In this document: one piece after another, positions 1-12,224 of the stretch
Layout of the letters: each line of letters begins with the position of its first letter
Numbering within the stretch: position 1 is the first letter of the stretch
Assembly (NCBI RefSeq): GCF_004010195.1
Contig: NC_057749.1
Coordinates: 3,675,595 to 3,739,594, forward strand
Direction: 5' to 3'
Source of the DNA: Chiloscyllium plagiosum
Lineage: Eukaryota
Length of the DNA: 64,000 bases
Program-made: the position numbers and the translations under genes
Notes under the pieces: model-generated
Seen by the model: the letters and a program-made list of their open reading frames with translations, nothing else
Told to the model about the DNA's origin: nothing
The model's database searches: none

Positions 1-319
1 TAAATTGGCGATGACTGGATGCGACCAGCGAGGTGAAGAAGGGACAGCAGAGAGAGGAGGAGGGAAGACCTGAGCTAATGAGACGTGGAGGCAGCACCTG
101 TGGAGCGAGATGCTGGACAGTGAAGACATTTTTGCCTGCATCATCGCTGAGCAGGGAAAAAAACTAGGAACGTCACGTTTCGTTTCAGCCAGTGATGAAG
201 TTCCGTTTTTGTTTGGAAGCTTTGAAATTTTTGTCTTTTGGGTCCTTGTTAAATCCCTTTTGCAGTGCAGAAGACCACATTGGAAGCAAGCCCATGACCA
301 TCCAGTTATTGGAGTCACG

Positions 320-394
320 TAGTCTTACAGCACGGGAACAGTCTCTTCGTTCCAACTCACCCACGCTGACTAGATATCCTCAATTAATCTAGTT
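320..394 (-). mobile_element. short CR1/HER1-type LINE 3' end fragment
   Basis: Resembles the 3' termini of the LINE copies at 6905 and 24280 (tacagca..gaaacag..cttcg.tccaactc..agatatcc..aatctagt). Confidence 0.6.
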
Positions 395-1176
395 CCTCCC
401 ATTTCTGTTCAGAGGGATTTGGATATCCTTTTTGCATAAATCACTACGGGATGCAGGGCTGTGACAGAATTTCTTAAAATCTGTCAAGAATCATTGATAT
501 TGTGCATTGTTATCAAACATTTAAAATGGCTGCCCTGGGTCCTGCAGCCTAGGCTTCATGACTGTCTCAGTCCCAGTTTTCCATTGTGTACTCCACAAAC
601 GCACAGGCCCACTCCTGATGACCCAGATGCTCAGGCCGTTTAAATGTTCTTAAAACGAAAACCACACCGAATGTTAGAGTGAGGAATGGCCAATCTGTTT
701 GTAAGCGTCTCGGTTCTTCCCCTGTCCAACCTTGAAATGTATATTTTGTTCAATCCCCCACCCTGACCAGCTCCCCCTTGCTGAGTTAGGACGGAATTCA
801 ATTCTCAGCAGAACGCACTTACATTGCGGTGTTGCATAAATGGTTGTGACAATTTCAGAGAGCTGCTAATGATCTGTGTGCACCCAGCAACCCTATTAAA
901 CATTAAACATTTGGGTTCCTTTCCAAATATTTTTGCCTGAAAACTCATCACTGAATATTCTCTTTGTGATCAAACGAAGCCTTTGCGTGTGCTGCAGATG
1001 GTGTTGGGTTAGGGGTTTCAGTAAATTAGGAGGATTCAGTAAATTGGCTCATTGGCAGGAACCCAGTTATGTAAATTATAACAAAAGCGAAAGCAAGTCA
1101 AACCCAGACTTCTTCAAAGAAAGCAGTTTTCCAGCTGAGTATATGTAGAGAATAAAACCAAATCAGTGCTTGTTAG

Positions 1177-1547
1177 CGAGTTTTGAGAAGATTTGTACCT
1201 CAGGTTGAAGTTCTGGATGTAGGTTTGCTCACTGAGCTGGAAGGTTCATTTTCAGACGTTTTGTCACCACATGAGGTAACCTCTTCAGTGAGCCTCCGGC
1301 CAAAGCACTGCTGATGTTTCCTGCTTTCTATTTATATGTTTGGGTTTCCTTGGGTTGGTGATGTCATTTCCTGTGTTGACATCATTTCCTCTGGTGACGC
1401 CATTTCCTGTTCTTTTTCTCAGGGGGTGGTAAATGGGATTCAAGTCAATGTGTTTGTTGATAGAGTTCTGGTTGGAACGCCATGCTTCCAGGAATTCTCG
1501 TGCATGTCCCTGTTTGGCTTGTCCTAGGATGGATGTGTTGTCCTAGT
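1177..1547 (-). mobile_element. Penelope-like element 3' fragment (same family as 3192-4020) with decayed hammerhead core
   Basis: Colinear with 3192-3495. The minus strand around 1250-1295 reads CTCA-CTGAAGA-G-GTTACC-TCATGT-GGTGAC-AAAA-CGTC-TGA. Confidence 0.7.
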
Positions 1548-1718
1548 CTCAGTGCTTGTGGTCAGACCTTGGTTTCGCAATTAACAAGGTTGCACCATGG
1601 AATGGGTGCAGTATGGTGCATTGAAGCTGTAATATTGGGAAAGACCTCATGAGAACTAAGCTGGAGGTATGGAGGCTGAAGAGAAAGGATGGCAGTATAA
1701 ATGTATTCTGGATGGGGA

Positions 1719-1813
1719 TATTCCTGAAGAAGGGCTTATGCCCGAAACATCGATTCTCCTGCTCCTTTGATGCTGCCTGACCTGCTGCGCTTTTCCAGCA
1801 ACACATTTTTCAG
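1719..1813 (+). mobile_element. short Penelope-like terminal fragment with hammerhead core
   Basis: CTGAAGA(1724-1730)-A-GGGC-TTAT-GCCC-GAAA-CATC-GATT, followed by the family's ctcctgctcc..gatgctgcctgacctgctg..ttttccagca segment, which is linked to a GIY-YIG body at 50262-51387. Confidence 0.75.
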
Positions 1814-1904
1814 CCCTTTTCTTCTGAGGCTATGTCCTGTGGTCCTAGACTGTCCCATGAGGAGAACATTCTCTCAGCATTTCCCCTGTCAAGCCCCTTA
1901 AGAA

Positions 1905-2590
1905 TCCAGAGGTCCAGGCTAATGCTTCACAGACATTGTTCCAATCGCAACGGTGGAATGTAAATCTGGAATTCAAAGCTGGCCTTGGTAATGGCAACCA
2001 TGAAATTGTCAGTAGTTGCCAAAAAGAACCCTGTCTGGTTCATTAATGCCTTTCAGGGAAAGAAATCCACCATCCTTACCTGGTCTGGCCTACCTGTGAC
2101 TCCAGACCCACAGCAATGTTGTTGAGTCATAACTGCACGCTGGAGAGGCAGTGACCTAGTGGTATTATCGCTGGACTGTTAATCCAGAAACCCAGGGAAT
2201 GTTCTGGGGACCTAACTTCGAATCCCGCCACGGGCAGATGGTGGAATTTGACTTTAATAACTATCTGGAATTAAAAATCTCATGATGACCATCCTCAATT
2301 CTCGGAAAAACCCATCTGGTTCACTAATATCTTTCATCATGAGCACTGTTCTGGCTTACATGTGACTCCAGACTCCCCAGCAATGTGGTTAACTCTTAAA
2401 TGCCCTCTGTGCAATTAGGGATGGGCAATAAATTCTGGCCTAGTCAGGGATGCTTGTCATTCTGTGAATGAATAAAGAAAATAAAAATTGGCCTAGCAAG
2501 CCTGATCCAGGTCAGAGGCAATTGTAGTGGTCAGCTGTACGACAAATATGGACCTTACCAGCAACTCTCACATCTCTTGAAAGAGTAACT
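1905..2590 (+). mobile_element. tRNA-derived SINE (second family) with a complete copy of the same family nested at about 2142-2487
   Basis: tRNA-like head ggcagtgacctagtggta..ttcgaatccc. The body tctggttcactaat..tgtgactccagacccacagcaatgtggtt occurs twice here and again at 34435-34745. A-rich end. Confidence 0.7.
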
Positions 2591-3191
2591 TAAAAAAAAA
2601 GAATGCAACTCTGGTGTGGGTTTCCAGTTAGATTGGAAAGATACTACTCCATTGGCAATGACTGTTGCACAAGCCTAGACACTGTATAATTGATGAGATG
2701 AGTAAGAGGTCTTCACTGCATTTTCAAATAGGGAATACCTAGCACTCTATCTGGAGAACATTCAAAATGTAATCATTGAATCACTTCCCCGCTGAGTTGC
2801 GCATCGACTGTAATTCTTGATTAATTACCAAGTAAATGAGATTTAATATCAGAAATGAAAATACAAAATGCTGGAAAATATTCCGCAGACCTGGCAGCTT
2901 CTGCTTAAAGAGAATGTTTCCTATTTAATTTTGGAGTTTTGAAGCCACAGTAAGATCAAGCTGTATGTGCTCAGTTGGAATTGTACCATAATCGATGTTG
3001 CCCTAAAGGTCCATGTTTAACAGCAGCCTGAGTGTGTCTCTTCATTTTGATTTCAATGAACTTTCAATCCGAGTGTAGATATTATGAAGCTATTGCAAAG
3101 CAAGAACAAGATGATTGAGACTTCATAATCACAAGATTGACATAAACTGTGTGGTTCAGGAAATCCTATCTATCCACTCATTCTCCAAAAT

Positions 3192-4020
3192 CAGGTTGTA
3201 GGTTTGCTCGCTGAGCTGCTGAGTTTGTTCTCAGATGTTGTGTCACCATGCTGGGTAACATCATCAGTGAGCCTCCACTGAGGCACTGGTGTTCTGTCCC
3301 ACTTGCTACTTATGTGTCTCGCTTTGTTGTGATGGATGATATCATTTCCGGTTCTGTTTCTGTGAGGTTGGTAAATGGGGTCCAAATCCATGTGTTTGTT
3401 AAAGGAGTTCTAGTTTGAATGCCAGGCCTCTAGGAATTCCTGCGTGTGTCTTTTTGTTTTAGCCTGTTCCAAGATGGATGCATTGTCCCAGTCGAACTGG
3501 TGTCCCTCTTCGTCTGTGTGTATGGATACCAGTGATAGTTGGTCACGTATTTTGGGTGGCTAGTTGGTGCTCATGTATCCTGGTGACTAGTTTCCTACCT
3601 GTCTGTGCATTGTAATATTTGTTGCAGTCCTTGCAGGGTACTTTGTACATAATGTTGTACGCATATGGATAAAGAGGGACACCAGTTCGACTGGGACAAT
3701 GCATGTGTCCTGGGACAGGCTAAACAAAGACACACACGGGAATTCCTAGAGGCCTGGTGTTTAAACCAGAACTCCATCAATAAACACATCGATTTGGACC
3801 CCATTTACCAACTTCTGAGAAAAAGAACCGGAAATGATATCACTCACCACAACAACCAAGACAGATAAATCGCAAATGGGACAGAACACCAGCACTTCAC
3901 CGGAAGCTCACTGATGATGTTACCTAGCATGGTGACAAAATGTCGGAAAGTAAAGACACCAGCTCAGTGAGCAAACTGTCAACCTGATCCATACCCTGAA
4001 CCAGAGATCTTCTCCAAAGT
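3192..4020. mobile_element. Penelope-like element, inverted (fold-back) arrangement with GIY-YIG C-terminal remnant
   Basis: 3192-3650 (-) and 3655-4020 (+) are diverged reverse complements. ORF 3665-3868 (GHQFDWDNACVLGQAKQRHTREFLEAW..NSINKHIDLDPIY) resembles the C-terminus of PLE GIY-YIG endonucleases. 15-bp TSD ctcattctcca(a/g)aat at 3177-3191 and 4021-4035. Confidence 0.8.
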
Positions 4021-4114
4021 CTCATTCTCCAGAATTTCTGGCTGTCATATTACAGCACCTTAACTGGCTTAATCAGCTCTACTATTGTTCCTTATCTTGC
4101 TGTGTTGTTGTATT

Positions 4115-4468
4115 GATAGGTTTATAGAATAATGAGGGGTATGTATAAGGTAAGTGGCAGGCGCCTTTTGCCAATATGGTGGGTTTCAAGACCACGGGGT
4201 ATATTTTTAAGGTGAGAAGAGGGAGATTTAGAAAAGACATGAGGGGCATTTTTTTTTACACAGAGGGTAGTTCATGTGTGCAATCAACTTCCAGAAGAAG
4301 TGGTGGACAAGGTTTAAAAGACATTTAGATAAGTACATGAACAGGAAATGTCTGGAGGGATATGGGCCAAGTGCAGGTAGGTGGGACTAGTTTAGTTTGG
4401 GATTGTGTTCAGCATGGACTGGTTGGACCAAGTGGTTTGTTTCCATGCTGTATGACTCTATGACTCCA
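4115..4468 (+). mobile_element. CR1/HER1 LINE 3' fragment
   Basis: Decayed RT C-terminus and 3' UTR ending ctgtatgactctatgactc; colinear with other copies in the window. Confidence 0.8.
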
Positions 4469-5130
4469 TTCCAGACCAGATAGGTAGTGTATCTAAAGGC
4501 ATTCGACTTGTGACATTCTGGCTTAAAAGTACCTGTCCTTTAACTTCAGTTACTCTCCTACTGCAATGGCCATCAATGTAGTGTGTTCATCAGTCAGTTA
4601 TGTGCCTGTAACAAACAGTACGTCAATATGCATAGAAAACCCAAACTATATATAGGCCTGGTGTAACAATGTGAATAGTTATGTTGTTAATAAACTTCAA
4701 GATATCTGATTCTGTAAATATCTGACCTTTGTGGTATGTGGACATGTGTGATTTGGATTGGGTACTGAATTAGCCCAAGTCGTGGTGTTTGATGTGAGAA
4801 ACCACTTCAATTCTGCTGCAAACGATTATGCCTGCATATAAAATCACCCTCTTGGTGTCTGTTTTCAACTAGCTTCTGCTCTGACCACTTGTTCTCCTGA
4901 CCTAGTTAATTTTTAGTTAGGGCTTTGTACCAATCTTACATTGTACTGAGTTAAATTGAAACCACATAGTGGTGTATAGTGTTTTGACCTGATTAACTTC
5001 ACATATTATGATAGACTGTCTCACACAACATGGATGCTGGGAAAAAATAGGCACAATAGTAGAGCTAGATTACGTCAGTTAGGTGGTAGTATGGGGGTAT
5101 TAAAAAAAAGAGAGAGAGAAAGAGGGATAA

Positions 5131-6476
5131 AAATGAATAGCAGTGTCAAACAGTCTGCTAAGAAAAATAAATTATGATAGACTGTCAAGTTTGGCAAATG
5201 TTGATCTATTTTGAGTCATCTTCTGGATTGCACAGTATGAACGACTGAACAAATGCTTGTCGGTAGGTAACTCCTTCACATCAAGTGTCCCTTTCTAGTT
5301 AATAATTAGGTGTGAAAGATCAGCCATCTATAGCATTGTTACCGTTGTATTTATGTAAATACAGTAAAAGGGTGCGTACATCCCTACAAGCCAGAGCCAT
5401 TTAATTACATAAATTATGAACAAAGAGACGATATAAAACAAAAGTCATTTTCTGGTCACCCAGTGGCTCTTTGGTTTTTATGAATTGGCTTCCTCAGAAG
5501 CTAACCTGAAGTAAGGACTGGATCCACAAAAAGGACAGCTGTTGAAGCCTCCGGCCACCACCTCAAGGACATCTGACCGGTTCCACTATGTCTCTGCCGC
5601 CAAAGTCCCCTCATCGTCGCCATGACGAACGAGAAGGACTCACCAAGTTGGCAATGTACAGCCACGAAGCCGGTGAAATTCTAGCTGCCGTCAAAGCCCA
5701 GAGACTGTCCAAACCCCTGCGGACTGGCCCATGTCCCAACTCCCTAGGGTCATAAATGAATAGCAGTGTCAAACAGTCTGCTAAGAAAAAAAAATTATGA
5801 TAGACTGTCAAGTTTGGCAAATGTTGATCTATTTTGAGTCATCTTCTGGATTGCACAGTATGAACGACTGAACAAATGCTTGTCGGTAGGTAACTCCTTC
5901 ACATCAAGTGTCCCTTTCTAGTTAATAATTAGAAAGGGACACTTGATGTGAAGGAGTTAACTACCGACAAGCATTTGTTCAGTCGTTCATACTGTGCAAT
6001 CCAGAAGATGACTCAAAATAGTTAATAATTAGGTGTGAAAGATCAGCCATCTATAGCATTGTTACCGTTGTATTTATGTAAATACAGTAAAAGGGTGCGT
6101 ACATCCCTACAAGCCAGAGCCATTTAATTACATAAATTATGAACAAAGAGACGATATAAAACAAAAGTCATTTTCTGGTCACCCCGTGGCTCTTTGGTTT
6201 TTATGAATTGGCTTCCTCAGAAGCTAACCTGAAGTAAGGACTGGATCCACAAAAAGGATAGCTGTTGAAGCCTCCGGCCACCACCTCAAGGACATCTGAC
6301 CGGTTCCACTATGTCTCTGCCGCCAAAGTCCCCTCATCGTCGCCATGACGAACGAGAAGGACTCACCAAGTTGGCAATGTACAGCCACGAAGCCGGTGAA
6401 ATTCTAGCTGCCGTCAAAGCCCAGAGACTGTCCAAACCCCTGCGGACTGGCCCATGTCCCAACTCCCTAGGGTCAT
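5131..6476. repeat. tandem duplication (5131-5753 / 5754-6476) with internal 92-bp inverted duplication
   Basis: Units are identical apart from about 3 differences. 5930-6021 is the reverse complement of 5829-5920 with one mismatch. Confidence 0.95.
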
Positions 6477-6904
6477 GAAGTCCAACCCACGACGCCATCA
6501 CTGAGGAAATCGCCAAATCCCCCACAGCCATGAAGAATGACCTGCTGTTTCATTCCCCTGCAACCCCGCTCCTCCACCTCGGCTGCAGAAAGAAGAAAAG
6601 ATGACTTTGATAAGAAAGGTAAAGTTAAATAGTAAAAGAAAAGGAAGGGTGTGGCCGGTTGGGTGAGAAGGATTGGACAAGCCAGGAGCCAGAACACAAT
6701 CTAACATGTTGCCTCCGCCATCTTGCTTGGGAATCTCTGGACCATGTCGTAATGGAGATTTTCCTATCAGGGGGCTGAGGCATACCCTCAATGTCTGTCC
6801 TTGTATTATGGGAGCACAGACTTGAAAAACAGTTGGATTACTGTTCCCAAAATCCTGACTGATCCACCCTTCGAACAAAGCTCGATCAAGTGGCAAACTT
6901 AAGG

Positions 6905-7653
6905 AGTCATAGAGATGTACAGCATGGAAACAGACCCTTCGGTCCAATCCGTCCATGCCAACCAGATATCCCAACCCAATCTAGTCCCACCTGCCAGCAC
7001 CCAGCCCATATCCCTCCAAACCCTTCCTATTCATATACCCAACCAAATGCCTCTTAAATGTTGCAATTGTACCAGCCCCCACCACTTCCTCTGGCAGCTC
7101 ATTCCATACACATACCATCCACTGTGTGAAAAGGTTGCCCCGTAGGTCTCTTTTGTATCTTTCCCCTCTCACCCTAAACCTATGCCCTCTAGTTCTGGAC
7201 TCCCCGACCCCCGGGAAAATACTTTGTCTATTTACCCTATCTATTGCCCTCTTAATTTTGTAAACCTCTGAGGTCACCCCTCAGCCTCTGACACTCCAGG
7301 GGAAAACAGCCCCAGCCTGTTCAGCCTCTCCCTGTAGCTCAGATCCTCCAACCCTGGCAACATCCTTGTAAATCTTTTCTGAACCCTTTCAAGTTTCACA
7401 ACATTTTTCCGGTAGGAAGGAGACCAGAATTGCACTCAATATTCCAACAGTGGCCTAACCAATATCCTGTAGAGCCGCAACATGACTCTGATCAATAAAG
7501 GAAAGCATATCAAACGCCTTCTTCACTATCCTATCTACCTGCGACTCCACTTTCAAGGAGCTATGAACCTGCACTCCCAGATCTTTGTTCAGCAACACTC
7601 CCCAGGACCTTACCATTAAGTATATACGTCTTGCTAAGATTTGCTATCCCAAA
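6905..7653 (-). mobile_element. CR1/HER1 LINE 3' fragment (RT C-terminus + 3' UTR)
   Basis: ORF 6981-7277 (EVYKI..IDRVNRQSIFP..SRTRGHRFRVRGERYKRDLRGNLFTQ..VWNELP) is the typical CR1 ORF2 C-terminus; tail ctctatgactc. Confidence 0.9.
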
Positions 7654-7894
7654 TATATACAGCACATTTAATAACTGCAGGTCATCACAAAGCATTTCAC
7701 AATTAATTAAGCACTTGGCTCTTATGAAGTATGGTCACCGTTATAAAGTCGGGAATACTGGATCCAGTTTGTGCCCAGTAAATTCCCTAAAACAGTAATG
7801 AGTTTAAGTGATGAGATGGTCTGTTATTGATGGTGTTGGGTGAAGTATTGATCTGGATAAGTGGAGCATTCTCTCTCTTTTTGGAGCGTGGTAT

Positions 7895-8780
7895 GTGCTG
7901 GGATGTCAGAACTGGGCTGAGGTTGTGGTGAGGACATTGGTGAGGCCTCTTCTGGATAAGTGTCCAGTTCTGATCACCCTGTTACAGGAAGGATATTATT
8001 AAATTGGAAAGTGTTCAGGAGAGATTTACCAGGATGTTTCCAAGAAAGGAGGGGTTGAGTTATATAAATGGACTGGAAAAGCTGGGACATTTTTCCGCTG
8101 GAACATCAGAAAAGGTTGAAAGGGCGACCATATTGAGTTTTATAAATTCATGAGGTGCTTAGATAATGTGAATGACAAGGGTCTTTTCCCCAGGGTGGGG
8201 GACTTCAAAACTAGGAGGCATATTTTTAAGGTAAGTGGAGAAAGATTTTAAAAAGATATGAGGGGCAGTTTTTTTTTAATATACAGAATGTAGTTCGTGT
8301 GTGGAATGAGCTGCCAGAGGAAATGTTAGATGTGGGTACAGTACAACGTTTAAAAGACATTTGCATAAGTTTATGAATAAGAAATGTTTGGAGGGATATG
8401 GGCCAAGCGTAGCCAGGTGGGACTAGTTTAGTTTGGGATTATGGTCTGCGTAGACTGGTTGGATGGAAGATTAGATTAGATTTCCTACAGTAGGGAACAG
8501 GCCCTACAGCCCAACAAGTCCACACGACCTTCCAAAGAGTAACCCACCCAGACCCATTCCCCTACCCAATATTTACCCCTGACCAATGCACCTAACACTA
8601 TGGGCAATTTGCGTGGCCAATTCACCGGACCTGCATGTCTTTGGACTGTGGGAGGAAACCACAGCACCCGGAGGAAAAACTGGCAGACATGTGGAGAATG
8701 TGCAGACTCCACACAGACAGGCGCCCGAGGCTGGAATCGAATCTGGGTTTTGTTTCCGTGTTATATGACTCTATGATTCT
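7895..8780 (+). mobile_element. CR1/HER1 LINE 3' fragment interrupted by an antisense SINE
   Basis: Decayed CR1 ORF2 end (gtccagttctg..aggaaggat..agatttaccaggatg). The 3' UTR resumes at about 8746 (tgtttccgtgttatatgactctatgattcta). Confidence 0.8.
8469..8746 (-). mobile_element. HE1-type V-SINE, 5' truncated
   Basis: Reverse complement of the family core ctgtctgtgtggagtttgcacattctcc..ctcccacagtccaaaga; (TCTAA)n tail. Confidence 0.85.
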
Positions 8781-8884
8781 AATTCACTGTAAAGCTTTAT
8801 GTGAGGAGTGTAAAGGGAAAAAAATTGGTTTCTATTCCTTGCACACCATCCGCCAAAGATGTTGTACAGCTTTTTTTTTTAAGA

Positions 8885-9125
8885 ATTAGAATCTGAAGAG
8901 TGTCCACCAGACCCATTCCCCTTCCCTATTACTCTATATTTCCCCTGAGTAATGCTCCTAGCCTACACATCCCTGGACACTATGGGCAATTTAGCATGAC
9001 TAATCCACCTAACTTGCACATCTTTGGACTGTGGGAGGGAACCAGACCACCCGGAGCAAACCCACATAAACACTGGTAGAATGTGCAAACTCCACACTGA
9101 CAGTCGCCTGAGACTGGAATCGAAT
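8885..9125 (-). mobile_element. HE1-type V-SINE, truncated
   Basis: Same family core on the minus strand. Confidence 0.8.
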
Positions 9126-9849
9126 TGTTCTTGGGGAAGTGGTAATGTCCCTCCTCTGAACCAGTAGGTGAGCGTTCAAGTTCCACGTGTCCCAGACGTG
9201 ATGTAACGTGACTGAGCAAGTTGATTGAAATATCCACAATTTGTTGGTGTGGATTCTATTCAATGTACCAGTTTCTTGACAGAGATGAGCAACACTGACA
9301 GGTGAAGGAAAGCTGAATGAAATTTCCCTTTTGACCTGCAAAGGTCAGGTAACAACAATAACCTGTATTTCCTTATAGCATCTTTTAACTTACTAAATGT
9401 CCTGAGTTGCTTCATTTGAATGTTATAAAACAAAATAGGACTCAGAGTCTGCCTCTCAGTTATTAGGTCAGGTGACCAAAAGTGTGGTCAAAGAGAAACA
9501 TTATACGAAGTGTCATAAAGGATGGATTTCAGAGCTTGGGCCCTAAGCAACTGAACGCGCAGCCACTGAAGATGGAGCATTTTCTAAAAGATCCCTCTCT
9601 GGATATGGGCACCACTGCCTGGACCAGCATTTATCACATGTGCCTGGTTGCCCTGGAGATTGTGGTGAGCTGCCTTCTTGAATCACTACAGTAGATAGAC
9701 CCACAATGCCCTTAGGGAGGCACTTGCAGGATTTTGACCCAGTGACAGTGAAGGAGTGGCAGCAGATTCCCAAGTCGGGATGGTGAGAAGCTCGGAGGGG
9801 GAAGTTGCAATTGGTGGTGTTCCCACTTATTTGCTCTCCTTGTCACTCT

Positions 9850-9975
9850 GAAAGTTAAAATCACACAACACCTGGTTGAAAGTACCTAGTTAAAAAAATA
9901 AACCTGTTGGACTATAACCTGGTGTTGTGTGATTTTAACTTTGCCCACCCCAGTCTGACACTGGCATCTGTACAT
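9850..9975 (+). mobile_element. short fold-back insertion (Penelope-like terminus, family of 31319-31417)
   Basis: Inverted arms aaagttaaaatcacacaacacc / ggtgttgtgtgattttaacttt plus a ~33-nt unpaired tail. Shares aacctgttggac with the 31.3-kb copy. Confidence 0.6.
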
Positions 9976-10203
9976 CTTGTCCTTCACAATGTCATAGTTG
10001 TGAATTTCAGAATTGGTTTAGGGAGCCTTTGTGACCTCCTTGTGTCTCTTATGGATGGGACACACTGCTGCTACTGAGTATCGATGGTGGAGCGATTGAA
10101 TGATTGTGGACTGCTTTGTCCTGGATGGTGTCAAGGTTTCCTTAGTGTTGTTGGAGCCGTACCATCCAGGCAAGTGGCAAGTATTCCATCACATTCCCAA
10201 CTT

Positions 10204-10960
10204 CCCAAAGGTCGAACTCGAATGCTGAATATAGGATTAAAGACAGGATTCTTGGCAGTGTGGAGGGACAGAGGGATCTGGGTGTGCAGGTACATAGATC
10301 CCTCAAAGTTGCCACCCAAGTGGATGGGGTGGTTAAGAAAGCATATGGTATTTTGGCTTTCATTAACGGGGATCGAGTTTAAGAGCCACAAGGTTTTGCT
10401 GCAGCTCTACAAGTCCCTGGTGAGACCGCACTTGGAATATTGTGTCCAGTTCTGGTCGCCCTACTATAGGAAAGATACAGAGGCTTTGGAGAGGGTGCAA
10501 AGAAGGTTTACTAGGATGCTGCCTGGACTGGAAGGCCTGCCTTATGAAGAGAGGTTGAATAAGTTCGGACTTTTCTCTCTGGAGAGAAGGAGGAAGAGAG
10601 GAGACCTGATCAAGGTATACAAGATACTGAGAGGAATAGATAGGGTCAATAGCCAGAGACTTTTCCCCAGGGCAGGATTGACTGGTACGACAAGTCATAG
10701 TTTGAAGATATTAGGAGGAAGGTGTAAAGGAGACATCAGAAGTAGGTTCTTTACACAAAGAGTTGTGAATGCATAGCCAGCGGTGGTGATGGAAGCAGAG
10801 TCATTGGGGACATTTAAGGGACTGCTGGACGTGCACATGGATAGCAGTGAGTTGAGGGGTGCGTATGTTAAGCCGCTATATTTTACATTAGGATTAGATC
10901 TTGGCACAGCATCGTGGGCCAAAGGGCCTGTTCTGTGCTGTACTTTTCTATGTTCTATGT
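10204..10960 (+). mobile_element. CR1-clade LINE 3' fragment (young)
   Basis: ORF 10084-10776 contains LYKSLVRPHLEYCVQFWSPYYRKDTEALERVQRRFTRMLPGL..RGDLIKVYKIL; tail ttctatgttctatgt. Confidence 0.92.
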
Positions 10961-11756
10961 CACGTGTACCTCGCAGATGGTGGGCAGGTTTTGGGGAGTC
11001 AGGAGGTGAGAGTTATTCAGTTAAAATCAGGGACACTGGAGACCAGAGTTGGGCAGTGCAGGAATTCTCGGAAGATATTTTCCAGGATTGGAAAACCTGG
11101 ATGGAAATTTGAACATGAAGTTGTTGCTCACCTGGGAGCCAGTGGCAGTTGGCGAACAGGGGCGATCAGGGAGTGTGATTATTAATTGGAAGGGCCAAAG
11201 AAATCTTCGCTCTATTGATCCAATCAGCACTTAAATCTCCAATCTTCCTGGTTGGTGACAACCTTGAATTGCTTGTGAGCTTCCAGGGAATGTGTAGATG
11301 TGTACAGGGTCCTAGATTTAGATTTCCAGTCTGAGAGATTGGAGTGAGGTAGAGCTCCCACTGTGCTGTGCGTTGAGGCCAGTTGCTGCTTGGTTCAGCC
11401 GCAGTTACGAAGCTGTGCAAGGTTGGAAGTTGAAAGAGAAGTACTGAAAACAAAACAATGCTGGAGATCACAGCAAGTCAGGCAGCATCCACTGAGAGTG
11501 AGCAAGCTAACGTTTCAAGTCCGGGTGAGATGTTGGACAGAAAAGCGAGAAGGTGCTCCTTCATTGGAATAGACTTCCCCTGATTGATATTTCTCTAGTC
11601 ACTTAACTCTGCTAACTAAATAAATGCGTGAAAATCGGTCTGCGCTAAATGCTTACAAAGCAGCTGTTTGATCAGAAATATCATCTAAGGGTTAAACTCA
11701 ATGAAAAGAATGGCAAATGAGGATTTTGGAAAATGAGACATGGCACATTGTTGGCA

Positions 11757-12105
11757 ATGGTGGCACGGTGGCTCAGTGTTTAGCACTACTGCTTCATAGC
11801 GCTAGGGGCCCAGGTTCAATTCCAGCCTCTGGCGGCTGTCTGTGTGGAGTTTGCACATTCTCCCCGTTTCTGTGTGGGTTTCCTCTGGGTGCTTCGTTTT
11901 CTTCCCACACTCCAGAGACGTGCAGGTTAAGTGAATTGGCCATGATAAATTGCCCATAGTGTTCAGGGCTGTGCAGGTTAGGTGCATTAGTCAGGGTTAG
12001 ATATAGGATAACAAGGTAGGGAATGGGTGTGAGTGGGTTACTGTTCAGAGGGTTGGTATGGACTGGGCCGAAGGATCATCTTCCACACTGTAGCGATTCT
12101 GTGGT
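11757..12105 (+). mobile_element. HE1-type V-SINE, full length
   Basis: tRNA head with A-box tggctcagtg and B-box ggttcaattcc, V-type core, and a 3' end shared with the CR1/HER1 LINE tail. Confidence 0.9.
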
Positions 12106-12139
12106 TCAGAGGCTGTGGTTGGTGACCCTGGTTTATATG

Positions 12140-12140
<1 letters not shown>

Positions 12141-12176
<36 letters not shown>
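12141..12176 (+). repeat. (ATC)12 microsatellite
   Basis: Direct reading. Confidence 0.98.
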
Positions 12177-12177
<1 letters not shown>

Positions 12178-12224
12178 CGCTTTGTCGAGCGTTCTCAATG
12201 GTGTATTTGTCATATGTGGTTATC

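Larger units (their letters stand above)
9590..11015 (-). mobile_element. old LINE 3' fragment hosting two younger insertions (9850-9975 and 10204-10960)
   Basis: The 3' end matches the tail of the second SINE family. The sequence is continuous across the insert (cacattcccaactt | gtacctcgcagatgg) and similar to 15530-15620. Confidence 0.6.

Noticed and set aside
192-392. ORF MMKFRFCLEALKFLSFGSLL as a signal-peptide exon
   Set aside because: No suitable phase-1 donor, and it runs into a LINE fragment.
11757-11830. tRNA-like sequences at SINE heads
   Set aside because: They are the tRNA-derived promoters of SINEs, continuous with the SINE body; not tRNA genes.
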